Made by a program: the position numbers and the translations under genes. From an uncultured Clostridia bacterium (GTDB taxonomy: Bacteria > Bacillota > Clostridia > TANB77 > CAG-508): a stretch of 64,000 nucleotides of DNA. Shown one piece after another: positions 30,368-39,004 of the stretch. The notes under the pieces were generated by a model. The model did not search any database and was not told the origin of the DNA. It saw only the letters and a program-made list of their open reading frames with translations. The stretch covers positions 4,248-68,247 of the forward strand of contig CALXPW010000003.1 of assembly GCA_944390365.1 (NCBI GenBank), read 5' to 3'. Each line of letters starts with the position of its first letter. Positions within the stretch are counted from its first letter, which is position 1.

Positions 30368-30826
30368 TTACCTACCTTTCTTTAAATATGGCAATAAAAC
30401 CATAATGTCTTTTACAATTTTTTTCTTGTTTTTGATATATTCTTCTATTACATCTGCTTGTGAATTAACCGTATTTCTACCTCTGAACATATCTGAAAAA
30501 GAATCAAAAGAACTTGCATATTCTACAAGTTCTTTGTGTTCATTTAAATATATGTACCATAGATATTTATAAAAAGGTGTTAGAAACTTTATTGGTAATT
30601 TAATATTGTTAATAATCATATAATCTGGTTTCTCGCCTTTTTTTACAGCTTGTCCGTTATATTTTCTCTTTGCTCTTTGATAATGATGTTCTATAGTGTC
30701 ATATATGCCATTATATGTAACTTTAGCATATAGTGCAGAGAATCTTTTATCACCTTTTGAAGAACACTCTAAGTTCAATATAATCACCTCTTTAAATTCT
30801 AATTTCACACATATTTTTTGTAGCAT
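30368..30826 (-). CDS. Hypothetical protein (152 aa)
   Basis: Intact ORF in the leftward operon. Contains SSKGDKRFSALYAKV..IEHHYQ. Family not recognised with confidence. Confidence 0.4.
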   Translation of the reverse strand: MLQKICVKLEFKEVIILNLECSSKGDKRFSALYAKVTYNGIYDTIEHHYQRAKRKYNGQAVKKGEKPDYMIINNIKLPIKFLTPFYKYLWYIYLNEHKELVEYASSFDSFSDMFRGRNTVNSQADVIEEYIKNKKKIVKDIMVLLPYLKKGR

Positions 30827-31166
30827 ATATATTTAATAAATATTTTTGCCTTTTACGATAATTAACTTTAGCAGAGCAATATCTGCATAAAATTTTATCA
30901 TGAACAGCTGGCCTCTTACCACAAGTAGTACAAATGCCTTGTTCTTTTAATCTACGATATCTATTCTTGGAATTTATACGGTGTTTTTCTAGTAATTCCT
31001 CCCTATGTTTCTGAGCATAAATTGCTGCTCTCTCTCTTTCTTTCATCATGCAATTAAGACATAAGGTATGGTCTTTTTCAGCATCTTCTTGACCACATTT
31101 CACACATATATGGTGCTCTTTATAATATTCATAATTTGCTCTACACATAATTTCTTCTCCTCTCAT
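30792..31166 (-). CDS. Cys-rich zinc-ribbon protein
   Basis: Four CxxC pairs (CVKCG, CLNC, CTTCG, CRYC). Basic protein. Confidence 0.45.
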   Translation of the reverse strand: MRGEEIMCRANYEYYKEHHICVKCGQEDAEKDHTLCLNCMMKERERAAIYAQKHREELLEKHRINSKNRYRRLKEQGICTTCGKRPAVHDKILCRYCSAKVNYRKRQKYLLNIYATKNMCEIRI

Positions 31167-31489
31167 ATTTTAAATATTGACTGTATATGATTTATTTGCT
31201 TTTCAAACTCATCTTTTGAAATAACCTCAACATTATCATTATTGCGTAAATATTCTTCTATATCGCTTTCGGTATATAATTTGGTATTCAGATAGTGTCT
31301 ATATTTAATAGTGCGATAGCTTATAATAGTAACAATAGATAATCCTCCATCATTAACCCATACTCCAAAATAAGTAGGTAAATTGTCAAAAGGATTTCTT
31401 CCTTTTAGAAATACATTTTTTGTATCTTCAATTGCTATCTTGCATTTTTCCCTTAAAAATTTGTTCTTTTCATATTTAATAGTAATCAT
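31163..31489 (-). CDS. Hypothetical protein (108 aa)
   Basis: Intact ORF overlapping its neighbour by 4 nt (translational coupling). Confidence 0.4.
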   Translation of the reverse strand: MITIKYEKNKFLREKCKIAIEDTKNVFLKGRNPFDNLPTYFGVWVNDGGLSIVTIISYRTIKYRHYLNTKLYTESDIEEYLRNNDNVEVISKDEFEKQINHIQSIFKI

Positions 31490-31535
31490 TATTATTTTCT
31501 CCTTTCAATTAGCATATTTTATTATCTTAATAAAA

Positions 31536-32420
31536 CTATTGACTTATACATAGAATCCATTTGTTTTCTACTTTTTTAAAATTAGAGTTGTTGTTTAATG
31601 TTTGTCTTATTTTTTCTCTAACATATTTGTTATTTTGAGCTTTTTTAGACTTGATTAAAATGTTATAGATTTCATCAACTGTAGCCTTATTCTTTAAAAA
31701 TTGAATAGTAGCTTGTACTAAATCTCGCCAAGTAATGTTAGTAGCATTTATTATGTTTTCTTGACTAGTTACAGTAACTTTCATATTGAATACCCATATC
31801 TTATTTTTCTTAAATATAAGTAAATGCTCGTGTTTTATTGGTATAAAGTTATTATTGCTATATACTTTGTTATCTGACATACAATTATATTGAATTTTAA
31901 TGATATGACTTTCTAAATCTCCATACCAGTTCATATCTTTTATAATACTGTAATAAGTGCCTTGTTTTCTTACATCTCCTATAAGCGTTGCGTGTCTGCC
32001 ACCAACAATTAGAGAATGATATATTTTTTCATTCACTATATTTAGCTTTTTTATAAATTCTTCATAAGGCATTTGATTAGATAAATCATTTTCGGAATAA
32101 GAGTTTCGCTCTTTTTCATAGGAAATAATATCCCAATAGGGAGGGTGGGAGAAGATAAAATCAGCTCCACTTGGAATTTCGTCAGTTAAAGCATCCCACC
32201 CATTATTTAAGTCTAAATGTAAACTATTAGATAAATTGAGCTCATTTGCCACATCTTTTCCAGTACCACCACCACTAAAAACTTCAATAAATCTTTTAGG
32301 TTTGGTGTTACCTGGATAAAAATGTTTAATTAAATCTTTAATAATATTTCCAGAGCAGTTCCCTCTGTAAGAAGAATCGCCATAAGGTCCTCGATTAGGG
32401 TAACTAACTACACTTTGCAT
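31536..32420 (-). CDS. DNA methyltransferase (N6-A/N4-C class)
   Basis: Motif IV-like FSHPPYWD, and an N-terminus PNRGPYGDSSYRGNCSG as in orphan plasmid/ICE methylases. Confidence 0.6.
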   Translation of the reverse strand: MQSVVSYPNRGPYGDSSYRGNCSGNIIKDLIKHFYPGNTKPKRFIEVFSGGGTGKDVANELNLSNSLHLDLNNGWDALTDEIPSGADFIFSHPPYWDIISYEKERNSYSENDLSNQMPYEEFIKKLNIVNEKIYHSLIVGGRHATLIGDVRKQGTYYSIIKDMNWYGDLESHIIKIQYNCMSDNKVYSNNNFIPIKHEHLLIFKKNKIWVFNMKVTVTSQENIINATNITWRDLVQATIQFLKNKATVDEIYNILIKSKKAQNNKYVREKIRQTLNNNSNFKKVENKWILCISQ

Positions 32421-32435
32421 TTTGTTCTCCTTTCA

Positions 32436-33293
32436 TTAAGCTGCAAGCTTTTCTTCTTGAACTTCAAATTCTTCAAGCTCTTTTATAAATTCACTTGCGC
32501 ATTTTTTAATTTTTGTTCCTAAATCAACAAAAATATCAGCATTACCCTTTGCATATCTTGTAATATAATTAAAGCTACACATAGAGTTATCAAGTCCAAA
32601 AGAATCTGCTACTATGTAAGCAACAGATTCAACAAATGTTTCAGATAAATTTTTATCAGTCTTATAATCGAAATCATCATACAGCCCATGTGCTAATTCG
32701 TGAAGTAAGACGGCAGTTTTAGCGTCGACAGATAAAGAACTATCTAATGTTATTGCTTTATTTGAAGGACTATAGAAGCCTTTTAAGCCTCCATCTAATT
32801 TTCTTTCATGTATTGGAAACTTGCTAAACTGTTTTAATTTTTCATAGAAAGAAGCCATATCCTCACTAGCAAGAAACTTTGTTTCTAGTGGAATTGGCTC
32901 ACCTACAGTCTGTGAAATATCATAAACATATACTTGCTTATATGCTGTGTAATTATATGTATGTTCTTCTTCAACTTCTTCACCATTAACAATTTTTTTG
33001 ACTGTAGTTTTTCCTTGTGCTGGCATACCAGCAGTTATATGTATTGCTTTAGCATTAGGCATTAACTCTCGACCAAGTTCTTTCCATTTAGCTTTACCAG
33101 CAACCTTTGTGGCATCAGGAAATTGGCTATAAATCAAGACAATATTGTTAAAACTGTATTTAGTGAATTGTTTTTGAAATTTTAAGTATTTTTCATACTC
33201 ACCATTTTCGATAATATTCTGTACATTTTTTACAACCTTTTCATATATTTCCTTTGCTCTTGTTCTTCTATTAATTTTAGATTTCATTTTCAA
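32436..33293 (-). CDS. ArdC-like antirestriction protein (ssDNA-binding N-domain plus HExxH metalloprotease)
   Basis: N-terminus NNIVLIYSQFPDATKVAGKAKWKELGRELMPNAKAIHI. C-terminal zinc motif LLHELAHGL. Confidence 0.6.
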   Translation of the reverse strand: MKMKSKINRRTRAKEIYEKVVKNVQNIIENGEYEKYLKFQKQFTKYSFNNIVLIYSQFPDATKVAGKAKWKELGRELMPNAKAIHITAGMPAQGKTTVKKIVNGEEVEEEHTYNYTAYKQVYVYDISQTVGEPIPLETKFLASEDMASFYEKLKQFSKFPIHERKLDGGLKGFYSPSNKAITLDSSLSVDAKTAVLLHELAHGLYDDFDYKTDKNLSETFVESVAYIVADSFGLDNSMCSFNYITRYAKGNADIFVDLGTKIKKCASEFIKELEEFEVQEEKLAA

Positions 33294-33303
33294 ATTCCTC
33301 CTT

Positions 33304-34851
33304 TTATGCAGCCAGCCTTATTAAGTTATTAGTATGAACAGCTGGGTTTTTATATTTTTCTCTATAGTCTGCAAAAGTTCTATGACCTTTCCACTTTTCT
33401 ATAAAGTCTAGTTGCTCTTTTGTAAAATTCCTGCTATGATGTGGCAATTCTTTTTGGGCAACACGATTATTTTTGTATTCAAGTGTAATAAACGATTTCG
33501 TAGGCTCTGATGACTCTCTTATAAGGTAAATTTCAGTATTTTTATTGATATAATCAGATAAGTAAGAAGCAACGCAATTACCCTGCTGTGTTCCTTCTTC
33601 TACTAAATCTTCAAAACTAGGAACAGGGAATATAATGTAATTATCGTCCTTATAAATATATTTTGATAATTCTAAAAATCTTGTATATACTTTAAATTGT
33701 GTAATATCATCACCCACAATTACCATTCTTTTAGATAACTTATCATGCCATGCAATTAATTGATATGGAAATAGCCTTTTCTTACTTTTAAGGCTAATAC
33801 CTAAATCAGTTGCCATCTTTAGATAATCAGCATATATATGTATATTATTTACACCTTTTTTATATTGCAGAAACTTTTTTATAGGTACATATTTGGATAT
33901 TTCCTTTAATACAGAAGAATAACCATAAAATTTTCTAACAATATCATAATCGTATAGAAGACCTTGCTTTTTCATAAAAATTAAATAATTGTAGTCAAAA
34001 TAACGATACTTTTGTATTAGGTCGATATCTGGTTTTTGTAGTATTTTAAGTAGTATATACTCATTATAATCAATATCATTTTCTACCATAAAATTTAAGA
34101 AACTTTTAGATATACCGAATCGTTTAACAAAATCCCCTTTTTTATTGAACATTTGAGGACATTTTGATAAATTATATAACCCCATTTTCCATAACAATTC
34201 AAAACTTCTAAATGTTCCAAGTTGCATTGCTTGAAATTCCGTATAAGTTTTAAATTTGCGTGTAAATTCTTCTACAGGTGCATATTGTAAATAAGTGTTC
34301 TTAAATAATTTCTTTTTGTTATGAGGATATATAGGCATGTTATCTAATACTCTCTTTCCAGTATATTTATGCCAATTAGTTATTTTTCTGTAATGATAAA
34401 CTTTTTGGTACCACATAAAGAAAGATACACAATTATTAATAATTATTCCAACATTGGGAATAAATCTTGCAAATTCTTGTAAATCATGTTTAAATGTTTT
34501 TGTTTTATAATCGTATCGAGATTCTATTTCAAAAACTCTTAAAACAACATTTCCGTCAACTTTACAATAAAATCCAACATCTTTATAAAAAAGTTCATTT
34601 TTGATATTATGGTTTCTTACTAGAAAAGAATTTCCACAAAAAGGGCACTTTTCTTTAGCATGCATTTTAACATCTTTATCAAAATACTTCTGACAATGAG
34701 TACAAAAAGCTTTTTTTCCATATTTTAAAATTAAGTTATGGTTTACTAAATTTTTGGTAACAAAAGAGTTCCAATGTTTTGGGGGCTTTTTAGTATCTGT
34801 TTTTTCCATTATTTTTTGCAATTTATCCTTTGTCATCATCTTCACCTCCAA
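33304..34851 (-). CDS. PcfJ-like protein
   Basis: Size, N-terminal CxxC..CxxC and C-terminal EEGTQQGNCVASY resemble the PcfJ family of Gram-positive conjugative elements. Confidence 0.5.
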   Translation of the reverse strand: MEVKMMTKDKLQKIMEKTDTKKPPKHWNSFVTKNLVNHNLILKYGKKAFCTHCQKYFDKDVKMHAKEKCPFCGNSFLVRNHNIKNELFYKDVGFYCKVDGNVVLRVFEIESRYDYKTKTFKHDLQEFARFIPNVGIIINNCVSFFMWYQKVYHYRKITNWHKYTGKRVLDNMPIYPHNKKKLFKNTYLQYAPVEEFTRKFKTYTEFQAMQLGTFRSFELLWKMGLYNLSKCPQMFNKKGDFVKRFGISKSFLNFMVENDIDYNEYILLKILQKPDIDLIQKYRYFDYNYLIFMKKQGLLYDYDIVRKFYGYSSVLKEISKYVPIKKFLQYKKGVNNIHIYADYLKMATDLGISLKSKKRLFPYQLIAWHDKLSKRMVIVGDDITQFKVYTRFLELSKYIYKDDNYIIFPVPSFEDLVEEGTQQGNCVASYLSDYINKNTEIYLIRESSEPTKSFITLEYKNNRVAQKELPHHSRNFTKEQLDFIEKWKGHRTFADYREKYKNPAVHTNNLIRLAA

Positions 34852-35245
34852 ACAATGATAGCTGTGAAGCTTCCTTTTTCTTTTCTATATTCTTTTTCGC
34901 ATCTTCTAAAGAGACAACATTATCTTTAGTTTCTGTTTGTTCTGAAGATGTTTTTGTTTTAGTATTAGAATTTTGTTTCGTTTGTATTTTTAAGAAAGAA
35001 TTAGGTAAGGAAAAGTACATTACTGCCCAGGATAAAACAACAGAATCTGAAACATAGGTCCAGCTACCTTGCTTATGTTTGCTAGATTTATCCTTTATGA
35101 AATTACGCATTTCTTTAAGGGACTTTTCTTTATTTAAGTAATGTTGTTCTAAATCTTTACGAGATAATAAATATTCGACAACTTGTGTTGTACCAATATC
35201 TTTTTCATTTTGAGCTTGCTTTTCTAATCTTTCAAAACCTGTCAT
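34823..35245 (-). CDS. Hypothetical protein (PcfK-like position)
   Basis: ATG 35245 after GGAAGGAG. Synteny upstream of the PcfJ-like gene. Sequence assignment is tentative. Confidence 0.35.
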   Translation of the reverse strand: MTGFERLEKQAQNEKDIGTTQVVEYLLSRKDLEQHYLNKEKSLKEMRNFIKDKSSKHKQGSWTYVSDSVVLSWAVMYFSLPNSFLKIQTKQNSNTKTKTSSEQTETKDNVVSLEDAKKNIEKKKEASQLSLFGGEDDDKG

Positions 35246-35290
35246 AATCAACCGACTCCTTCCACTTGTGTATCTATATCAGCTAAATTT

Positions 35291-35926
35291 CTACCGTTTT
35301 TTTTTTCCTTCTTCAAAACAATAGCTGTCTGTTATGTATGAACTTCTATTGCGACGATAACCTTTAAAATTAAGATTATTCATATATGCTTTTACACTAG
35401 GATTTACAACAACCATAGATAGTTCTGAACTAGCTTTTTGCTCTTTAAACTTTTCATCTATCCCATTGATAAAGCCAAAGGCATATTCTCTTTTGTATTT
35501 ATTTCTAATAGAATTATTTACTGCGTAAAGGTTATAATTCTCTTTGAAGAAAATTTTGAAGCTATTTAAAATGGCTTGCTTAGCATATAAATAAACTCTT
35601 TTAGATATTAAAATATCTTCTTTTGAGCCTACAATTATTAACTTTTTACCTCGATAATAAACATCACATCTAAAGTTTTTGACTATTACAACCATTAAAC
35701 GCCTTTTCCATTTGTCATTATTCATTTCATTATCAGCAGTTTCTTCAATAACTTCTGTATCTTTACTTTCATTTTCATTTAAGAAGTCATCAATATCCTC
35801 TTGGTTAATGTGATATTTTGCCATTAACTTTTGAGCAGCTAATATAGCATTTTGTGCTTCGTTTTTATTGTTATTATTAGTTCCTAATCGTAATGCTTTT
35901 GATACTTTTTCTAATATTTGATTCAT
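35291..35926 (-). CDS. DUF2786-like protein (last sense codon is CGG; possible +1 extension to 35248)
   Basis: N-terminal KVSKALRLGTNNNNKNEAQNAILAAQKLMAKYHI is DUF2786-like. Ends ..GKKK-CGG-TAG. Skipping the C would add GRNLADIDTQVEGVG and stop at TGA 35250-35248, 2 nt before the next ATG. Confidence 0.5.
   Translation of the reverse strand: MNQILEKVSKALRLGTNNNNKNEAQNAILAAQKLMAKYHINQEDIDDFLNENESKDTEVIEETADNEMNNDKWKRRLMVVIVKNFRCDVYYRGKKLIIVGSKEDILISKRVYLYAKQAILNSFKIFFKENYNLYAVNNSIRNKYKREYAFGFINGIDEKFKEQKASSELSMVVVNPSVKAYMNNLNFKGYRRNRSSYITDSYCFEEGKKKR
35294..35296 (-). other. In-frame CGG as last sense codon (recoding not verifiable)
   Basis: AAA CGG UAG. A +1 shift would extend the protein by 15 aa to TGA 35250-35248. 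Confidence 0.3.
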
Positions 35927-35928
35927 CT

Positions 35929-36322
35929 TTAAACCTCCACTCTTTTAAACCTTTTATATAAATCATCTTTTGACGATTCTATCATGTATTTTAGGTAATT
36001 TTGTTCACCGTATTTTTGTATTTTATTTGCTTTTTCCTTTTGAACTTCTTTTATAACTTCTTCTAATTCTGTATAGTCAAAAAAATATGAAATAAGGCCA
36101 TCTCTATTGATAGCCTTACTTCCTTTATAATCTTTCATAACATTAAACCTGTAATGATACCTTTGTCTTCCTTGGTGATCTGCTATGCGAATACCACAAG
36201 CAACACCGAAAATCTAACTTTAGGTAAATTGAATTTGTTGTAACAGAATTATAACGATGAACGATAAAACCTAACTTTAATAGCTTTATTGCTAAAATTC
36301 TAGCGATTTCTTTTCCTGTCAT
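35929..36322 (-). CDS. Conserved ICE protein (~130 aa; recoded at CGG, plus-strand CCG 36206-36208)
   Basis: ATG 36322 overlaps the upstream stop (TAATG). MTGKEIARILAIKLLKLGFIVHRYNSVTTNSIYLKLDF|GVACGIRIADHQGRQRYHYRFNVMKDYKG.. joins to ORF-track 35929-36138. Confidence 0.55.
36206..36208 (-). other. In-frame CGG, +1 recoding site
   Basis: UUU CGG U; joins IYLKLDF|GVACGIRIADHQG. Confidence 0.7.
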
Positions 36323-36597
36323 TATGCTGCCTCTTTCTGTAGATATTTTTGTTTATCAATTTTTTCAGTAATTAATTTTAAATTAGATTCCATAAACATA
36401 ACTCTGCTATGAGGAATGTTTACTTCTGATACTCTTGCAATTTTATCTACAATTTTATTTCCAGAGCTAGTTGGTGCGACTACTAAATCTCCAACTTTTA
36501 ACGGTATTGCAGTCATATATGTATATGACATTCCACCAAAAGTTTTTGGATGATACTTGTCCTCATATTTTACATTTACTAAATTTGTTGTTTCCAT
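36322..36597 (-). CDS. Hypothetical protein (91 aa)
   Basis: Intact ORF with RBS AAAGGAGGA upstream. Confidence 0.45.
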   Translation of the reverse strand: METTNLVNVKYEDKYHPKTFGGMSYTYMTAIPLKVGDLVVAPTSSGNKIVDKIARVSEVNIPHSRVMFMESNLKLITEKIDKQKYLQKEAA

Positions 36598-36679
36598 AGA
36601 TAAATCCTCCTTTAAATTTTTGTTAATTTAAATAAACATGATGTACACTTATTTCATAAAAGCTTTCTTTTTGAAAAAA

Positions 36680-37099
36680 TTATGCTTCAGTATATTTTTT
36701 ATATAATGTATCGTAATTTGGAATATTATTACTTACTTCATTATTACTTACCATTTTAAAGAACTCGTCTCTATCGAATACCTTAACATCATTAGGCTTA
36801 GTATCTGTTGTTTGTAACAATACTAATCTATCAATGATTTCTTCTCTTAGGATAGGATTTGCTTTATCTAAAAAACAGCCGAAAGTTGTAATGACAGGTC
36901 CACTAATACCAGGCATATAAAATGCCATATCTGCTGAATGTGCTGTTCTGTCTGATTCAAGCATAATAAAATCAGCTAAATCGCTTTTTTTAATGATATA
37001 TTTATCGTTTAAACTGGTATGAACAAACAAAATTCCGTCTTCATCAAGAATTTTAATAAGTTCTTCTTTGCTATACTTTTTATAATTTGAAATACTCAT
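36680..37099 (-). CDS. Hypothetical protein (139 aa)
   Basis: Intact ORF directly downstream of ssb, occupying the position rpsR has in chromosomal rpsF-ssb-rpsR operons. Confidence 0.4.
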   Translation of the reverse strand: MSISNYKKYSKEELIKILDEDGILFVHTSLNDKYIIKKSDLADFIMLESDRTAHSADMAFYMPGISGPVITTFGCFLDKANPILREEIIDRLVLLQTTDTKPNDVKVFDRDEFFKMVSNNEVSNNIPNYDTLYKKYTEA

Positions 37100-37113
37100 A
37101 AAATATCTCCTTT

Positions 37114-37530
37114 CTAAAATGGAAGTTCATCATCTGAAACTAAGTCATCTTCTGTTTTTTCTTTTAAGTCATCACTAATAGTTTCAGGTGGATTACCATT
37201 TTCTATTTTATTGAAGCTATCTGCAAAATATATTTCTTCTGCAATTATTTCAGTAACATACCTTCTAACACCGTTTTTGTCCTCATAATTTCTGGTTTGA
37301 AGTCTACCACTAACGCATATTTGAATGCCTTTTTTTAAGAACCTTTCTGCAAAATCAGCAAGCTTTGAATATGCCACTATATTGAAAAAGTCTGCTTGTA
37401 TTTCTTCACCTTCTTTTACGAATCTTCTGTTTACTGCTAAACTAAATGTAGCCACCTTTATATTGTTTGTTTGTGAATATCTAATTTCTGGGGCTTTTGT
37501 TAATCTTCCTAATAAAATTGTTTTATTCAT
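37114..37530 (-). CDS. ssb: Single-stranded DNA-binding protein
   Basis: MNKTILLGRLTKAPEIRYSQTNNIKVATFSLAVNRRF.. is an OB fold. Acidic tail ends in DDELPF. Confidence 0.9.
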   Translation of the reverse strand: MNKTILLGRLTKAPEIRYSQTNNIKVATFSLAVNRRFVKEGEEIQADFFNIVAYSKLADFAERFLKKGIQICVSGRLQTRNYEDKNGVRRYVTEIIAEEIYFADSFNKIENGNPPETISDDLKEKTEDDLVSDDELPF

Positions 37531-37550
37531 ATAAGTTACCTTCCTTTCAA

Positions 37551-37832
37551 TTAATTCTTTTTTATTACTATAAATTTAAGTATTTCATCTGTAATTCTGT
37601 AGATTCTTTCTAATTCTGGAATACTACTAGCAGTTGCTTCAAAATCAAATAAATAAAAGTATCCCTTTTGATGTTTTTTTATTTCATATGCTAATGTTCT
37701 TACTCCGAAGCCCTTTTCTTCAATAATTTTTCCGTTTTCAGAGATGTAGTTTGCTATCTTTGCAATTACATCCTTTCTTGTTTGCTCACTAATTTCAGCA
37801 TTAAGTATCATAACTGTTTCATAGTTGTTCAT
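37551..37832 (-). CDS. Ribosomal protein S6-like protein
   Basis: MNNYETVMILNAEISEQTRKDVIAKIANYISENGKIIEEKGFGVRTLAYEIKKHQKGYFYLFDFEA..IPELERIYRITDEILKFIVIK follows the bS6 pattern (YE..il.P...........G.r.LAY.I.k...G.Y). Immediately upstream of ssb, as rpsF is. Confidence 0.65.
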   Translation of the reverse strand: MNNYETVMILNAEISEQTRKDVIAKIANYISENGKIIEEKGFGVRTLAYEIKKHQKGYFYLFDFEATASSIPELERIYRITDEILKFIVIKKN

Positions 37833-37849
37833 AATAAATCCTCCATTCT

Positions 37850-38494
37850 TTATATTAAATTTCTTTCTTGTATTAGTAATTCTTGACCGACATTTAAGTT
37901 ATTATCTAAAGCAAATTGAACTCTCCAATATTTTTTTAGCTCGTTTTCAATATCTTTCATATTGTGCAATTCTTTAACTGTATGAAAGCCTTTTACATAC
38001 ACATATTCTTGAAATTTTTTAGATGCTAATTGAAGCAAATTATCTATACTATGGCTAATAGCAAGTATATTTGATTCACTAAAAGGCAATTTTACATTTT
38101 TGCTAATTAGCATATACACCTTTGAGCAAGATACATCAGCTTGCAAATGTTTTGGGCTAGGCAAACTATTAAAAGGTCTCTTTATTTTCCTTAAAATAGG
38201 TAGTGTACTTACTGCATGTTCATTGTTAATGATAAAATGAAAAATAACATTACTATTTGCTTTTAAAAGCTCTTTTATTTGCAATACTTTCTTTTCACTT
38301 GTTTCTATCTCAAATTTTAAGTAATAACCTTCTGTGTATTTTTTTACAGGGTATTCTAGTTTCTTTTTACCTAAAAAATAAGTCTTTTTAACATTACTTT
38401 TTTGTTCAAAAAGATTTACTATACCACCTTGCATATACTCTAATTTTTTCTCCTTAATGTTAGGGTTTAAAACAACCATTGCTAAATATTTCAT
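37850..38494 (-). CDS. Protein with S6-like N-terminal domain plus ~120-aa C-terminal extension
   Basis: N-terminus MKYLAMVVLNPNIKEKKLEYMQGGIVNLFEQKSNVKKTYFLGKKKLEYPVKKYTEGYYLKFEIE..LQIKELLKANSNVIFHFII repeats the S6 pattern. The C-terminal half is unrecognised. Confidence 0.45.
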   Translation of the reverse strand: MKYLAMVVLNPNIKEKKLEYMQGGIVNLFEQKSNVKKTYFLGKKKLEYPVKKYTEGYYLKFEIETSEKKVLQIKELLKANSNVIFHFIINNEHAVSTLPILRKIKRPFNSLPSPKHLQADVSCSKVYMLISKNVKLPFSESNILAISHSIDNLLQLASKKFQEYVYVKGFHTVKELHNMKDIENELKKYWRVQFALDNNLNVGQELLIQERNLI

Positions 38495-38515
38495 ATTAAA
38501 ATCCTTCCTTTCCTC

Positions 38516-38932
38516 TTATGCAGCATTTTTAAAGATAAATGCTCTATTATGCTTTCTATTTTTATTTTTCATTTCTTTTTGTCTGTAATAGTATTCTTCT
38601 AAAAATTCTTCTTTATATTTTGCAATTTTCTTTTCGTGTTTTTCTAGCTTAAACATATTGTAGAACTTTCTTATGTCTCGCCTTTTCATTGTAGTTAATC
38701 TGTTCTTTTTAATAGAAACAACAATAAAAGTTCCAAACAATATACTTCCTTGATAAAGTCTGTTAAATTCATCGGTTTCTGCATTTTGGTTTGCAATAAT
38801 TAAGTTGTTTTCATTTGCTTTTATTTTTAGTAAGTCCTTTCCTATAAATGCTTTTATAAATTTGCTAGTCGCAGGTATTTTAACCTTTTGTACCTCTTTT
38901 CCAGGCATAACTAATAAACATTTAATTTTCAT
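38516..38932 (-). CDS. DUF3846-like protein
   Basis: MKIKCLLVMPGKEVQKVKIPATSKFIKAFIGKDL..IIANQNAETDEFNRLYQGSILFGTFIVV matches the DUF3846 layout common in ICE/plasmid leading regions. Confidence 0.45.
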   Translation of the reverse strand: MKIKCLLVMPGKEVQKVKIPATSKFIKAFIGKDLLKIKANENNLIIANQNAETDEFNRLYQGSILFGTFIVVSIKKNRLTTMKRRDIRKFYNMFKLEKHEKKIAKYKEEFLEEYYYRQKEMKNKNRKHNRAFIFKNAA

Positions 38933-39004
38933 ATGTAAATCTTCCTTTCAATTTAAAATAAGAAAAAGACAGAACGAATCTGCCTTTTTCAATATTCATT
39001 TTGT

